This document shows, piece by piece, positions 1-14,121 of a DNA stretch of 64,000 nucleotides. The position numbers and the translations under genes were made by a program. Where the stretch lies: positions 1,674,001-1,738,000 of the forward strand of contig CM035352.1 of the NCBI GenBank assembly GCA_020137815.1. Reading direction: 5' to 3'. Below the pieces are notes generated by a model. The model did not search any database. It was not told the origin of the DNA and was given only the letters and a program-made list of their open reading frames with translations. This DNA comes from Hormiphora californensis (taxonomy: Eukaryota; Animalia; Ctenophora). Numbering within the stretch: the stretch's first letter is position 1; each line of letters begins with the position of its first letter.

Positions 1-254
1 GGGACACAGCATTATTATCATCATATCTGGGCTATTAATATCACTCATATCATCTTTCTTTTCCACTTTGGGTTCACCGCTTTAGAAGGCTGGTAGGAGT
101 GCTCTGGCGCTCATCGAGTAACTTTGTATGACGTTTATCACTCTTACTATTATTAGTCAAAAAGCGGGATGTTAAATGTACATTTTGATTGATTGATTGA
201 TTGAAGAGTGGCTTCACCTTGGCATACGTTGCAGGCCCCTTATAATATAATATA

Positions 255-752
255 AGGGGCCTGGAGGGAATACCGCGCTGGGGGGGAATACATAATCAAT
301 CATATCTCCGGTTCCAGATAAGGTACAGAAATCGTTTTGGTAGCGTTGGAAAGAGGAAGATAACAGCTTTCAAATGCAACCGGTTTCAGGTCTCTATCTT
401 ATCAGGAACAGGAGATATGAACGAAACTCCGCAAAATCGAGTGCGGTAAAATAAAAAATTCGAGATTTTAATTCAAATTTGAAACAAAAGTGTCCCTGCA
501 GGGATCTGTGACGTCACTTTTTGAAAACAACCAATCTTTGAACGGCTATTGCTCAGCCTCCTGAAGTCCAATTAACTTCTCTCAAAAACAGCAAGGTAGA
601 TAATTGTCAGATCTAACAACTGGTGAAAGAATCAAGTCAAACGGACTTCAGGGGTCAAAGTTATAAGCACCGCCGTTTTTTCGCTCGCAAAGTTATTTTC
701 GACTCTGGCCAGATCTGGCCAAACGCGCGCGCGGCATTCCCTCCAGTCCCCT
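255..752. mobile_element. Non-autonomous TIR element (about 24-bp imperfect TIRs) nested in another repeat
   Basis: Left end aggggcctggagggaataccgcgc matches the reverse complement of right end gcgcggcattccctccagtcccct with 2 mismatches. The flanks (225-250 and 759-799) occur nearly contiguously, in reverse orientation, at 36939-37016. Confidence 0.6.
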
Positions 753-960
753 CGTTGCGGGGGTGCGCGCATGAGGGGGCTGCAGCGCATTCCAAGGCTT
801 CACCAGAAGTTTTGTTTCAAAAAAAAATAGAAAATTTGCCCAATTTTAAATTTGTTTTTAATGTTTTTACGCGCGCGTTCAAATTTAATTCGCGTCTCTT
901 TTTTTAAACGTTTAATTAAATTAATCGCGCCTTACATAAAAATTACTGTACACTAAAAAA

Positions 961-1298
961 TAGTGTCTGACGGTGTATAAGGTCCAAATGAGGCACGGAG
1001 GTATTCTGAATCAGCTTTTCAAGACGAATCCAACGCAACCGGAATTAGCTTTCTATCTAATCGGGAAGGTGTGGTTCATTTTTTTCATTTTCGGCCGCGC
1101 GAGCCAATCAGAGGGCTGGATTTCGAAATTCTGACCTCTGATTGGCTCGCGCGGCAAAAATGACTAAAAATGAGTGTGAGTGAACCGAACCTTCCCGATA
1201 AGATAGAAAGCTAATTCCGGTTGCGTTGGATTCGTCTTGAAAAGCTGATTCAGAAAAGCTCCGTGCCTCATTTGGACCTTATACACCGTCAGACACTA
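961..1298. mobile_element. Palindromic (foldback) MITE, hAT-like
   Basis: Almost the whole element is one inverted repeat (tagtgtctgacggtgtataagg...ccttatacaccgtcagacacta), with TAG..CTA termini and an 8-bp target-site duplication ctaaaaaa at 953-960 and 1299-1306. Confidence 0.8.
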
Positions 1299-1316
1299 CT
1301 AAAAAATGGCGCCGAA

Positions 1317-1737
<421 letters not shown>

Positions 1738-1896
1738 GCGGCCCCCTGTCCCTTGATAAAAAATGCGACTTTAGTTTTAGTTCAAAATCAATGTAGATTT
1801 GAAAGCAACGTATTCACATGAAACTTTAGATGCACAGCAAAATATAAAATTTCTCAATTCTCATTGATTCCTCGAATCACTCTATATAAATGGAGT

Positions 1897-3302
1897 TTAG
1901 CTCTCCGCAATAGGTGGGAAGATCGTGTTCGAGTTTTTACACTTTCCTTTTCCCTTTCCGGCGTCATCAATAGAGGCCATCTTCTTGAGTGACAAACTGA
2001 AATTGGTGGAAGAGAGTTAATTGTTTTGCAATCTATACAGTAAACTGAATGTGGGCCTGATTAGGTAGTCCCTGGCCTAGCTAGCTGATACCTTTTGAGT
2101 TTCTTGATTAAATCTAGCTCAAGTGCGACCCTTTTCTCTCGTTCCTGTTTCTCTATTTTCATTTTCTTCTCCTGGTGACGAATCTTTTTGATCTTTTTCT
2201 GTTGCATTTGCCTAAACTTGACGTCTTTTGAAAACTGTTTGTTTGCCTGGGTTCGCCGCAGCTTTGACTCCTCGTTTAGGGCCTGTGGGAGTGAAATGTT
2301 ATTGGTGTTATATATATCTTGGGACCAAAGGCACTGCTGGCACTACTGACAATAATGGCCAAGAGTGCTAACAACAGACAGACTATGACACTATTTATTA
2401 GTACCTTGAAGAAAGGTTTGTCGCTGTCCATCATGCGATCATGCCAGAATTGCGGGAAAGTACAAATGTTTGCCATGTATCTCTCGTTGACCCTCCATTC
2501 CTCTATCCACCGCTCTTTGCAATACTGCGTCTCCTGAGCGTTTATCCGCTTTAGAATAGCTTTGTTCTCAAAAGCAATCTTCTCCAGTTCTCGCTGTCTC
2601 TTGATCTTGTTGAGACTTTTGTGGATGTATTTATTGTCAATGTGGTTGTCCACAGTCCCCTTGGTTCTCATGACATGGCTCATTTTATGAAGGAGTATCC
2701 TGTTATCTCGCTCCACTGTGGCCAGTCTCTCCTCCTCCATCTGCAGCTTCTTCAGCTTGAGATGAAGGTGCATGTAGGTTTTGGGAGCGGCATTGTCAAT
2801 CCGTCCCTCTGCGAATAGGATATTCGTTCGGTGCTGAAATGAGGGGGGGGGTGTTAGAGGAATGGATGCATGTTGATAGAAAGAGAGAAACACTTCCTGA
2901 CTTTAGAATGTGAAGTTACATGTTGTTTCATATTGGGTCTACAACCTGCATGACCAGGGGGGTTAGGGAAATGCTGTTAGGAAGCTATTCCATTTTTTGT
3001 TTTTCTAAAGTCTGGGTGGTAATTTGCACAAATGGAAAGTTTCAAATTCATGATATCAGTTGGAAGCTAAGGCCATTACTATTTCTCTTTGTCTACTGCT
3101 GCAGTTGTAGTATACAACTGATGTCAGAACTAGCTCGCTTTTGGATTAGATCACACGCAGGTCGCAGAACAATAACATGCCTCCCCCGTCGAAAGATGCG
3201 AAAGTGATATGCAGCACTCACCTGATTGTAGCGGGTATCATCCCACAGTTTCTTGAGGACTTTGTTGTTTGCTGGTGTGATGTTCTGATACCCTCGATGC
3301 AT
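1897..3302 (-). CDS. CFAP97D2: CFAP97D2-like (KIAA1430/Hemingway domain) ciliary protein, 4 exons
   Basis: Exons 3302-3222, 2833-2405, 2282-2092 and about 1996-1897 join in phase at GT-AG sites. Sequence MHRGYQ..KLWDDTRYNQHR..IDNAAPKTYMHLHLKLKKLQMEEERLATVERDNRILLHKM..SLNKIKRQRELEKIAFENKAILKRI matches the CFAP97 domain; ends FPPIAES*. Confidence 0.85.
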
Positions 3303-5868
3303 CTTGTATAGTTGTAAGAAGAAGAGATAAACAAGAACCGTGTGACTGTAGTAGTAGAGTGTAACTGACTGCACGTGCATATTAGGGAGACCTCATTGGT
3401 TACCGTATCCACCTGGTATCCAGGGTGTTCTTACTGCACGTGCAGGCTGTACACACCTGAGAAGTCGTGCTGGTGGTAGAGAACCAATAGGGAGTGTACA
3501 TGACACCATAGAAAAGTGGTTGTGGGGCTTGTAAACTAAGCAATGGGGTCCTGAGAGGATTTCAGGGGGCTCTAGAATGAATGTAGTGGGTCATAGAGAG
3601 AGACCAGGAGCTAGCTGTTTTTATATGGTCGGGATACATCATTGGGTATCATACAATGTGTAGTAAAGTTCCGTGTGACGTATGTAAGTGAGTGTCTGGA
3701 TTTGCCTTCCTAGCTACCCTTTAAAGGAAGAGACTTTGTTTCACTCTGGCTTATACTGTGAGATCATCTTAATAATTCATCCATGTCTGGATTTGAGTTA
3801 CCTATCTTGTGAGTTGGTTGTTTTAGTTTGCACGAGTTTAGATCTTGCATGTCACTATAATAATAGGGTCCATGGCATAATGGATATGTTATAGCTCCAA
3901 TATTTATTATTACACCCCCTATCCTTAGTCTCAACATTCTCTGCAGCAGTTGATGCGTACTTGATCATGTACAGCTGAGCTGTACATTGCGAACGCTTGT
4001 TTTGTTCCCTGTCATATCCGATATGTACAATAGTACCTACCTACACATACCGGTGTGAAACACACTGTGAGATATGACTATCTAATAACTGCAGTAACCC
4101 AATTTCCAAACTGATGTATGTAGTAAACCTCTGATTTGGCAACTGTACGCTATTTTAATAGTAGTAATAGCTAATAATAGTCGCGATCTCTGTGCTCAGC
4201 TCCATTCTGCCCATTTGTCAATGTGTTTCTGTATAAGGTTTAATTGCTCTACTCGGCACATATCCAGTAGTACTGTACTGTTTTTCAGCAAGACATGAGT
4301 TTTTCTGGAGACGTTGTGACAGTTAATTACAATGCAAAAACAGAAGGTGAGTTGAAATAAGTGGATCAATATATTTATAGGGTTTGTCTTTGGACAAACG
4401 CTTTACCGTCGATTTCGCTTGGTTACGAAGTCACTCCTTTTATTGCATTATACAGTGAGCAATAATAACAGAGGGGTAATTTCATTACCAACGATTTCAC
4501 CAGTTTTTATTTCTGCAGATGCAGTAGCCGTAAGTGGAAACAACAACGCCACCCCTCCTCCTCCTCATGACTTAAAGTGTAAGTTTTTGTACAAATTCAT
4601 ACAAAGAATTTTATGGAACATGACTATTAGTCATTGACTAAACCTTAGTTTTCAGTCCCAGTTATTCCCCAAATTTTTCAGTGAATAGCTGGGAAGAGAC
4701 CCCCATTATAACACGTGAATACATACAGACATACACAACACTCATGTACCACACTGTGCACATGTAATCAGATTGATTCCATGGTGACAAGTACAATTAT
4801 ACAAAAGCAAAACACTTTCTATTCACAATCTAGGCCTCCTTCAATAGTCGAATTCGAAAATCCAGTACATATTAGGAAAATTGTTAAACTTGACCACTGA
4901 ATCATTTCAGTTCTTTTGGAAACAGTATCTCACCGGTCATTCTTTCTCTGCGCGGTACTTGAGTCTCTCTTCGTTCTCAATCGATTTCGTTCATAATAAA
5001 AATCATCAAGCACGTTTTGTATACTAAAACAATTCTATTGCTTTGATTTCGTTGCTTCTAGAAAGTACTACATGCAGCTCGCCAGCTCGATTGTCAAGAA
5101 AGACGCTGAAACAGCTGTCGCTTGGATCTACCTTGCTCCGTTCTCTCACAAACATACCTGTCCAGATCAATACCGAATGACCTAGTATTTTGTATGGCTA
5201 GTAAAATGATCCTTTCACAGTAAAATGTCATTCCTGTTTCTGTCTGGAGAATTTGATTTTACATGATAAATGTCATTGGAACTCCTTTTATAGACATGTA
5301 AGAATTTAGCATCACTTTCCCTGCTTGTTGCCATCAAATTGTTCCTTGCGTATTGAGTTACATTCTTCACAATTTGCCCGTGATATTGATTTAAACATGC
5401 CCTTCCCAAAGTTGTGTGTCATGCCGCCTAAAAAGTTACAAGTTTTGCCCTTCTCACAAGAAATGTAAGTGGTAATTACAATCTTGTTAATTACTAAAAT
5501 AATGGTAGAAGTTTGAAATCTCAAAAGACTATTTCAGTCAGTCTTCTATCAAAGACATTTTCATTCAGTTAAAAGTCTACACATCAGCATATCCATTATT
5601 GCGTTTAAATCAGTGGTGAAAGGACACAAAAGATCAAAGAATCTTTTATCATGCCAAGGAAATTAATATTCTGCATAATTTTCGGAATAATTCTCGATAG
5701 TGAACGTTTGTAAATCGTGGATATCTAGATCTGAAAGTGAATACTTGTAAAAAGCCTAGAGAGGTTGTGCAGTTGGTTTCTTGCGTGCAAAGATCGGCCA
5801 TGTGTGGATTATATAACTTAGTCATCAGAGTGTAAAACAGTTAAAAACGGCTGCTCCGATCTCTCTCA

Positions 5869-6054
<186 letters not shown>

Positions 6055-6215
6055 GCGTTTACTTATACAGCAAGCACGCATGTGTCCCCGTGGGGAGGAA
6101 AACACTGACAAGCAGATAACTCGCACACAGATCTAGCTGCAATATTCTAACTTTCTCTCTCGGCCATTAGAACACTGTTAATTGTCGCTATTCGAGCTGT
6201 CTCTAGAATTTGTCG

Positions 6216-9200
6216 ATGAGCGGTCAGCAATCTGGGAGGGCCTCCTTCCATCATGCCCCGGCTGCTGCCCGGCAGAACTTCGAGGAACCCCCCAAAAAAG
6301 TGAAGGGAACAAATGAGGGTTACATAACATACGATAAGAACAAAATGTAAGGGACTATCATGGTACTTGATCTTCTACTGGAGTGTTTCTTGATCTTGCC
6401 CTTACTGTTACTAGGAATGTTACTGCCAAGGAAATGTTGCCATTGCCCCCACTTTAATTATTTACCATTAATGTACCATTAATGTACTAATTTTTTTACA
6501 CCTGCTTTGCCTGCTGATTGATTGCTTTTTGTGTCCCAGGACTGCCCTGGAAAGGAGGCGGAGCAATGAAAAAGCTGAGAAAGAGCTTAGGGCGGCCGAA
6601 AAATGCGAAAGTAAGCTCATCTGACTATCATCTTCATCATGATATTATAGTACTGCTACATGCACTTGACCATGACAGAGGACACTAGAATATTTGGGAT
6701 AACTCACGTGGCTAGTTTTATATTATTCCTCTCTCTCAGGTATCCTAAAAACTTTATGTTGGGTTTTTCTTGTGTTGGTGGCTGTGGCAGGTATCATTGT
6801 GATATGTCTCTGGGCATTCACCTGCTACCTAGGGGGATGCGAGGACTTATCTTGTCAGGAATGCAAGGTAAAATAATAAGTGTTTTCTAACAGTAAAAAG
6901 GGGAAAGGGTAAACTTTTTGGGCACTGGGCAGCTAACATCAGCCTTAGGATACATGTTTTCAGCTCCGTGGCTGGAGACACCACGTTGTAATAATTGGAA
7001 ATAGTGTTAACTATCAACTAAACAATCTAATTCTCCTCCTCAAACCCTCAGTACACGAAGTGGAAGTCGTACGCTTCAAATAGTGCAAGAGACTATAAAG
7101 GTGGGTCAGAGGATGATGACTGTGGATATGACTTCTGGGCGTACTATCGACAGAACGGTGATAGCACAGAGTTCACAGTAAGTTGCTTTGGGAACCGCAT
7201 AGAATACGACTATGGATTACTTCTCTATGATAGCTCTAAATTATTTCTTTTAACGGCTACTTTGAACTTTTTAGGCACTTGAAACTCCAAATTACTCCGG
7301 TGATACGAATAGCGACCCCAATACGTCGCCCCTGATCGCTGGAGGAGCTAATAAGTTACCAGTTTGTAAGTTAAACTAGTTACATTATCAGTTACACAAG
7401 TTGAATGAGTTTTTGGTTGATAGTTAACAGCTCCTGCAACCCGTTTTAGACTGGTACATGGATCAGACAGAGACCCGGAAAGATGGTGGATTCAAGCTCG
7501 TGTTTAGCCATTCGGCATCTTATTTCTCTGGGGTCGGCAATTTCACCAGCCAAATGTTTAGGGAAATACCTACTCAGGAAGAGTCCTACATGGTATGACA
7601 TTAGTGCTAATAAAACAGTTCTTTTCCTTCAAATATTGTGTAAGGGTGTCTGTGTTGCAACTGATGTTGTGCTTTACCAAACAATTTCTATACTCAGGTC
7701 AGTGGAACTGATCCAGAACAGCCATTTTACTTTCCCCACCTCCTCCTTATGAATAAGAAGTCAAGCGTCTGTATTTTAGCCTTCGACTATGGTACGTATA
7801 AAAACAGCTGATCCCCTTCCCCGGCCCAGTGATCCCAGCCTCAGCTGGGCCCTGGCTTTATAGAGCTTTTAGCTGTTTAGATGTAGTGGCGCTAAATATT
7901 TATGGTCCGTGGTAGTGGCTGCAGTTGCAGTGGAGCCATATTATTAGTGACACTAATTATTCAATTTCTTATCAGGATATCCCATGCGATGGAAACTAAT
8001 TAACCACATTCTGGAGATTGAGGTTTATAATCTGGACTCAGAGTTCAAACTCTACTTTGAAACTGCGGATACCCCTCTTGAGGCCACGACGGCTTGTATC
8101 ACCCGGTGGAGGGACATCTATACAAACAGACAGACAAACAACGTGATGTGGAGCGATGATTTTATCGCCGGAACGTGAGTTCATCTCCGCATGATTTGAT
8201 TGCGATTACAACATCATGATACCTCAAATAGCAAGTAACAATTCTATTCTCCTCAGGTTCAATACAAGCCGTATTGAGGAGCTGATGAACCGAACAGGAG
8301 TCCTTCCCAACATGTTCATTCTCAGTCCTGATGAGATGTCCCTGTCCTCGGACGGAGAGACTCTCCTTATAAATAATGAAACCAGTCTGACAAATTGGAC
8401 TTCAACTCTACTAGGGTGGAATTCACGGTTCAGACTTCTTTCTGGTATACATTTACTGGGGGACATGACTCAGCAGAGGGGGAGGGGGTTGAGGGGACAT
8501 GACTCCTACCTGGTTTTCCTATTTGCAGTTGTGAAATGTGAGATTGTGAGAAAAATATAACCCCTGAAGTTGAAAGGGAGAAGGAGAGAGAATAGACAGC
8601 GAGGGAGAGAGACAGGGAGAGAGAATGACGTATTAACGTCACTATGAATAGTAGAAATTTCAAGTGAACAAAGGGGGTAGCTGACGTTTTTTGTAAAGAT
8701 CGTTGAGACAATGAAAGGATTACGTGCAGTAGAATCCCACTATAATTTCTCCTGCCCCTATTCCTTCTTTTAATTTTCTAACTTTCAGGAGTTGACGATG
8801 ATATTACTGAGTCCAAGGGGTTCTACGTTGCAGATAACGAGACAGAGTATTTCTATAGCTACAACCGGAGTTCATGGCAACCAGCTCAAAACAGGGACGA
8901 TTTTGGTGCTGCCGGGTATTTCCTATTTGATGGCACCATGATGAATAACTCTTATACTGGAAACTCCAGTGAGTAAAGCAGTGTTTTAGAAAAAAGGAAG
9001 AATTATAATACCATTCATTATCATACAAAGTATCCCATGTCACCATATATGGTGACATGGGATACTTTGTACCATGGTAACGGGTCATTACCATGGTAAC
9101 GGGTCATTACCATGGTAACGGGTCATTACCATAGTAACGGGTCATTACCATAGTAACGGGTCCTGCAGTACACCCACAAGAGTTAGAGAGGGGTCCTCAT

Positions 9201-11067
9201 CAAGTAATGATATTGTACAGGTTGTGAAGCGTTCCCTGCGTGTTATGACGCCGTTTCAACGGATAACACAGTTTGTATGGACCAGGACTATGGGTATCTA
9301 GACAATGACTGGTTTAGCGGATATGACAGGCAGCGGGCCAAGAAACTGAATAGCAGCCTGACGTTTGAGGGTACAGCCACCCCCGCATCTGAACGAATCT
9401 TTTTGTAAGTGTGACAGTTCTAGAGATAATCCATATCAACATGCTGTGAGCTATTCTAATTCTACCCGCCACCATCAGCTTCCTTCCCTCTCTACCCCCA
9501 TTATACCTACTACAGTGCTTGCGACTCTCTTTACCCCAATTACAGTTGTACTATAGTTACTGTTTAGTTTGAAACTGTTGACAGCTGTACTGTTGTAACT
9601 ATCTCCCCTCTCCCCTAAATAACCATCTCCACCTCAATATCTCCCCTCTCCCCTAAATAACCATCTCCACCTCAATATCTCCCCTCTCCCCTAAATAACC
9701 ATCTCTCCAGGGACATTCCAGGAGGCAGGAAGGGGTGTTTCTACGCCCTCCTCAACCTGCACATGATGGGAGTTACGGGGGCATCATGTAACCTGTGTAA
9801 TGGGACGGCTCCAAGTGCTGCCCAGGGAGACTTGGCTGACAACTGTGCATTTTACTCCAATCTCGCTGCTATCATATCACCATTTTTCGTAATGGTTAAT
9901 GATGATGAGTACTCCGTTGTTACCAGTAAGTTCAAGATAAGAAACCACCCCGTTACCATCTATTTAACACCTCGTTACCACCTAGTTACCACCTCTTCAC
10001 CACCTATAGTGACCACCTAGTTACCACCTCCTTACCACCTAGTTACCACCTCTTCACCACCTATAGTTACCACCTAGTTACCACATCTCCACCACCCCGT
10101 TACAGATGATACGGATGCATATCGGTACATTAAAAACAGTATGGAAGACCGAGACAAGATGTCATATATTCTGGAGGAGGCTTATAACAACTCAATAGAT
10201 AACAATACACCATTCATCTATCCTGTTGCTGCCATTGACATGAGTCTGGCGGGAAACTCAGCAGAGGGAAGCATCATGATTGGTAAGAGATTGTGTTGAT
10301 ATAAGGAATAGTATATTACAGACTCAAATTCAGTTTTTCGTGATATCTTGTTACTACACTGACACAGCTACTGAAACCCATCTTAATAACCCCAAACCCA
10401 TTTGTAGGTGACGATGTATTTTTTGCGGCTGGCGCCATGATTTCCGATTCTACTGAAGGCACCATACCAGCCGGACATTGGATTTCTAACGGGGGTTACG
10501 AAACGGGTTACTACAAGACAGGAAACGGGACCTGGGATATTGGGTCAACTACCCTTAGTGCCCTCTTCTTTTTCCGCCACGACAACATCTACCTGATCAA
10601 AAACACAAGTAAGTCTATAGGTTGCTATGATAGCATATATGACAATTCTGTATACCTATCCGAAACTCCAAGAACGTTTAGACTCATCTACAATAATTGT
10701 CGCCACACTAACTCCTATATTTACACTTTCTACAGCGGCTGATGTGGATTCCGTTGTCATTCGAGTGGTACTCAACTACGAGCTCTACGCTGTTCAGCCC
10801 ATCTCCAAGTCATTCTCCCTAAAAGGCGCCACGGTGACCATCAAAGTGAAGCCAATAGATAAAGAGATCACCATTACATCAAGTGGGAGTAACACTGGAG
10901 AGCTGGAGTTTACCAAGATAGAGGTGTACTTCTGGCCAGAGTGCTCAGCTTCCATTACATCGGGACAGTGTAAGAACCTGGAGGGTGACAGGCAGGTGCT
11001 GGAAGTGACCGCTGTTGAATCTATATTCGATAGTTATAGTTGGTCCCCCAGTACGGGTGGAAGCTAG
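6216..11067 (+). CDS. Type II membrane protein, highly divergent glycoside hydrolase family 31-like (SI/MGAM/GAA-type), about 15 exons
   Basis: In-phase exons from ATG 6216. TM segment LCWVFLVLVAVAGIIVICLWAF. GH31-like motifs in the expected order: QPFYFPHLLL, TVCMD, LLNLHMMGVTGASCNLCNG, YILEEAYNNSIDNNTPFIYPV, IMIGDDVFFA..TIPAGHW. Stop at 11067. Confidence 0.65.
9072..9162. repeat. 19-bp intronic tandem repeat (ccatggtaacgggtcatta), about 5 copies
   Basis: Directly visible. Confidence 0.9.
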
Positions 11068-12083
11068 GTGTGCTACTATAGGTGTGTAAAGCGTTCAGAT
11101 CGAGATATTGGTACTAAAAGGACTGTCCACGGAGTAATGAGCAGGATCAATTAGTAATAATCCTCCAGGTGTTTATATATCTAGATATTTCCAGCCCCTA
11201 TTGATACTCACAGTATCATGACTGAGTCATTACTACAGCCCATAATGATGGAACAGTCTCAGAACAATTCCGTACTCCAATACCTTCTGCAGTAAAGCTA
11301 TATAAGTTTAATCATGTGCCATGAGGTGAAAGAAATTTCTAGAGATTCGTTTATTTGAAAAGATGTTATGTTTTGTTGTTTTTACCTTTTTTCAAAGAAA
11401 AGCTAACTTGTTATTAACGCTGTTGATAGAATTCGATACTTGATGCAATTACAGTTTTTGACACGGCGATCTGTACAGCTACAATGACGCAAAAACTTCA
11501 ACTGCAGTACTATTTGTAGCAGCCCTACAACACTTTTGAATTGTTTGGCGTTCTGTTTCTGTACATACAACAGTCCCCCGGATGTTGACTCTTATTCGTT
11601 CTTGGTATTTTATGCCACGCAGCTATCACAAAAATGGCACATTAATGGCACATATGATATGGCACATTGACAATATATCAGTTCACTGTTACACACATTC
11701 AGCCCATAGTATGCCATTCGAAATTGAGGGGAGATCATTTGGGAAATGGGAGAACGTTTTGCTGCATTCAGTGGAACTGAAACTATACTATCACTTATCA
11801 GAATTGACAGTTTGCAATGGAATTCCCCACAGCTGGGCGACAAGCGACATCAATCTCCATGCCGGCTTATCCGGAAAGGAGATTCTGTCAGATGAAATTG
11901 TATGGTAACACAGGCATTATATGAAATATACCCCTCTTTTATTATATTTCAAGGAATTATCAAAGTAGTACTTTGACAAAGTACATAAATGCATCAAGTG
12001 GAAACTACAGCTGTCAGGACAATGCTCTTCAGCCAGGGAAACTAAACATACCTTTACATTAAGACACATTATTGCAGCTAGGT

Positions 12084-14059
12084 TCAGCAGCCAGCAGAAA
12101 CTTGAGCGGCGGAGGAAGCGTTGAAGGTGGCCGCTGTCTGTTGTTCTCGGTCTTTGTTAGGTCGAGGTGCAGCCTGATTTGGTAAACGGTGTTGGGGGTG
12201 GTTAATGGTTATAATGTGACAATTTAAACAGGGGCCGACGCATCTTGTCGCCATTTCTCGCCATTTGACATGTCAAATGGCGACAAGATGCGTCATGACA
12301 CCGTGACCACTTTCAGTTTGATTTAAAGGTGGTGTCATAAAGATATTAAAGCAATAAATGATTAGCATACCTGTCGCTTGATATCCTTTAGAGCATAAAT
12401 GAAGATAAAGGGTTGGACAGAGAATGCAGCCATTAGGAGAATCTGTATGATCATCAGAAGATAAAGATGATTCTGAAAATGATTATTTTTTACACAGCCA
12501 GTTGCTGATTTGTTTGCTAAGAGGGCATTAAATAAGAAACAGAAAATTAGTTTTACAGACACAACTCACGTAGAATTGAACGTGTAGATAGGTGAATATC
12601 ATGGCGGGGAAGTGGGACCCAAAGATGTTAGTAAATGTTAGAATGATCATTACTGACAGCCGGAAATCTCTTTTTCTGGAGGGCATGGGAAGTCCGTGCT
12701 CTCGTTCTATCATCTTTTTAAGCCTGTATGTTTGAGTGGATAAACACAAAATACTGTAGCGCTTTTCGAGTGTCACACTACGGGGGGAGGGGGGGGAATA
12801 GCCAAAAATAGCCCTGAGACCTCACGTTTCAGGGGTCAATAACCGTGACTTGAACCTGAGATTCAGGCACGACTGTTTTCTCCTAAATGTGGTGATGATT
12901 CTAGACTTACTGAATCTGTTTCCTGGACAACCAGAAGATGTTAGTGTAGGCTGTTGTTATGATAAGGAAGGGGATAATGAAGCAGGCAATGGAGTAATAA
13001 AGGTAGAAGGCTGACATGGAGGTCAACACGATAGCAAATGTCTCGTGGCTATAGATAAACTCACCCTGAATAAAAGGGTGTGTCATGGTCCGAATAAAAT
13101 TGTTAGCTTTTTTCAAACTTAATACGGCTCTATGAACCTGGGGGTTGAGCCTACTGTACAGGGTGGTGTTGTACCTTTATAAGGGGGTAGAGGGTAACAG
13201 AGGCACCAAACAACCAGCATACTGCCACTAGACAGGGACAGAAGTAGGTGCGAGAGGCGAGGCGGCGGTATGTCAGAGGAAACTGCAGGCAAACCATCCT
13301 GAAGTAGGTTTCATTGCACAAATATCCGGATTAGACGATTTACGAAAGCAAAATCGGGGTCCGACTGTACTAATTAGTAGTCGTAGTAATAATTTCAACA
13401 GTTACCTCTCCACTGATGAGAGCACGATGATCCAGATACAAGAGATAAAGAGAGTGAAATTCAAGTAACCAGTAGCTGGTTTTAAAGTCAGTGGCAAAAC
13501 CCATTTCCGGCCATAAACAGAGATATAGCAAACCGTTATGGTCGTGAGACATTGTAACAGACACGCCTAGAAAAGGAATGGAAGTTATTCAGACGAACAA
13601 TAATGGCAAGATTAATCGAATATGATCGTTGTAGCCAAATTGTGAATGTAATCGCCGGCCCATGCAAACTATATTTCAACTTACCACGACTACATTTTTG
13701 ACGAGAATTCCAATTGTGCTTGAGTTCCTGTTTAATTTGTAGAGCACAAAGCCGCACCCGAAAAAGCCAGAAACCTGGGAGAGGAACATTTCAATCAATT
13801 ATACAGGGAATAAAGGCTCAAAGTGTTAAAACTAAATTAAAGGTATCATCTTCTAATCTTGCCAATGAAATCATAATTTCAGTTACTAATTATGAATAAA
13901 AGACAGCGAAATGTAGTATACCTGTAGAAAAATAAGAAAGGAGAAATAACCGTTGAGGGCGCTTTCTGAGTAAATTTCAGATAAATCCCTGGTATAGTAG
14001 ACCATTGTGGTACTAGAGTAGGACACTGTCAGTTCTCCGGGCCTTTCTGCATCAAACAT
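12084..14059 (-). CDS. Orphan rhodopsin-like (class A) GPCR, about 8 exons
   Basis: Spliced model gives 7 hydrophobic helices: GYFSFLIFLQVSGFFGCGFVL; ILVKNVVVACLLQCL; GRKWVL..FISCIWIIVLSSVERMVCLQFPLTY; LVAVCWLFGASVTLYP; ACFIIPFLIITTAYTNIF; RDFRLSVMIILTFTNIFGSHFP; LLMAAFSVQPFIFIY. First and last exons are less certain. Confidence 0.85.
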
Positions 14060-14121
14060 TGTAGCTGCTTTCTACAGAGTGAAGTTTTGGATCGGTAACA
14101 ACGACAAATGGGGGAGGCCGA

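Noticed and set aside
4880-5530. Possible small spliced gene on the - strand (CEKGKTCNFLGG..CEECNS)
   Set aside because: I could not build a consistent start-to-stop model or recognise a family.
11582-11908. Overlapping 108-aa (+) and 77-aa (-) ORFs downstream of the GPCR
   Set aside because: No recognisable motifs; could be UTR or an alternative last exon, but unsupported.
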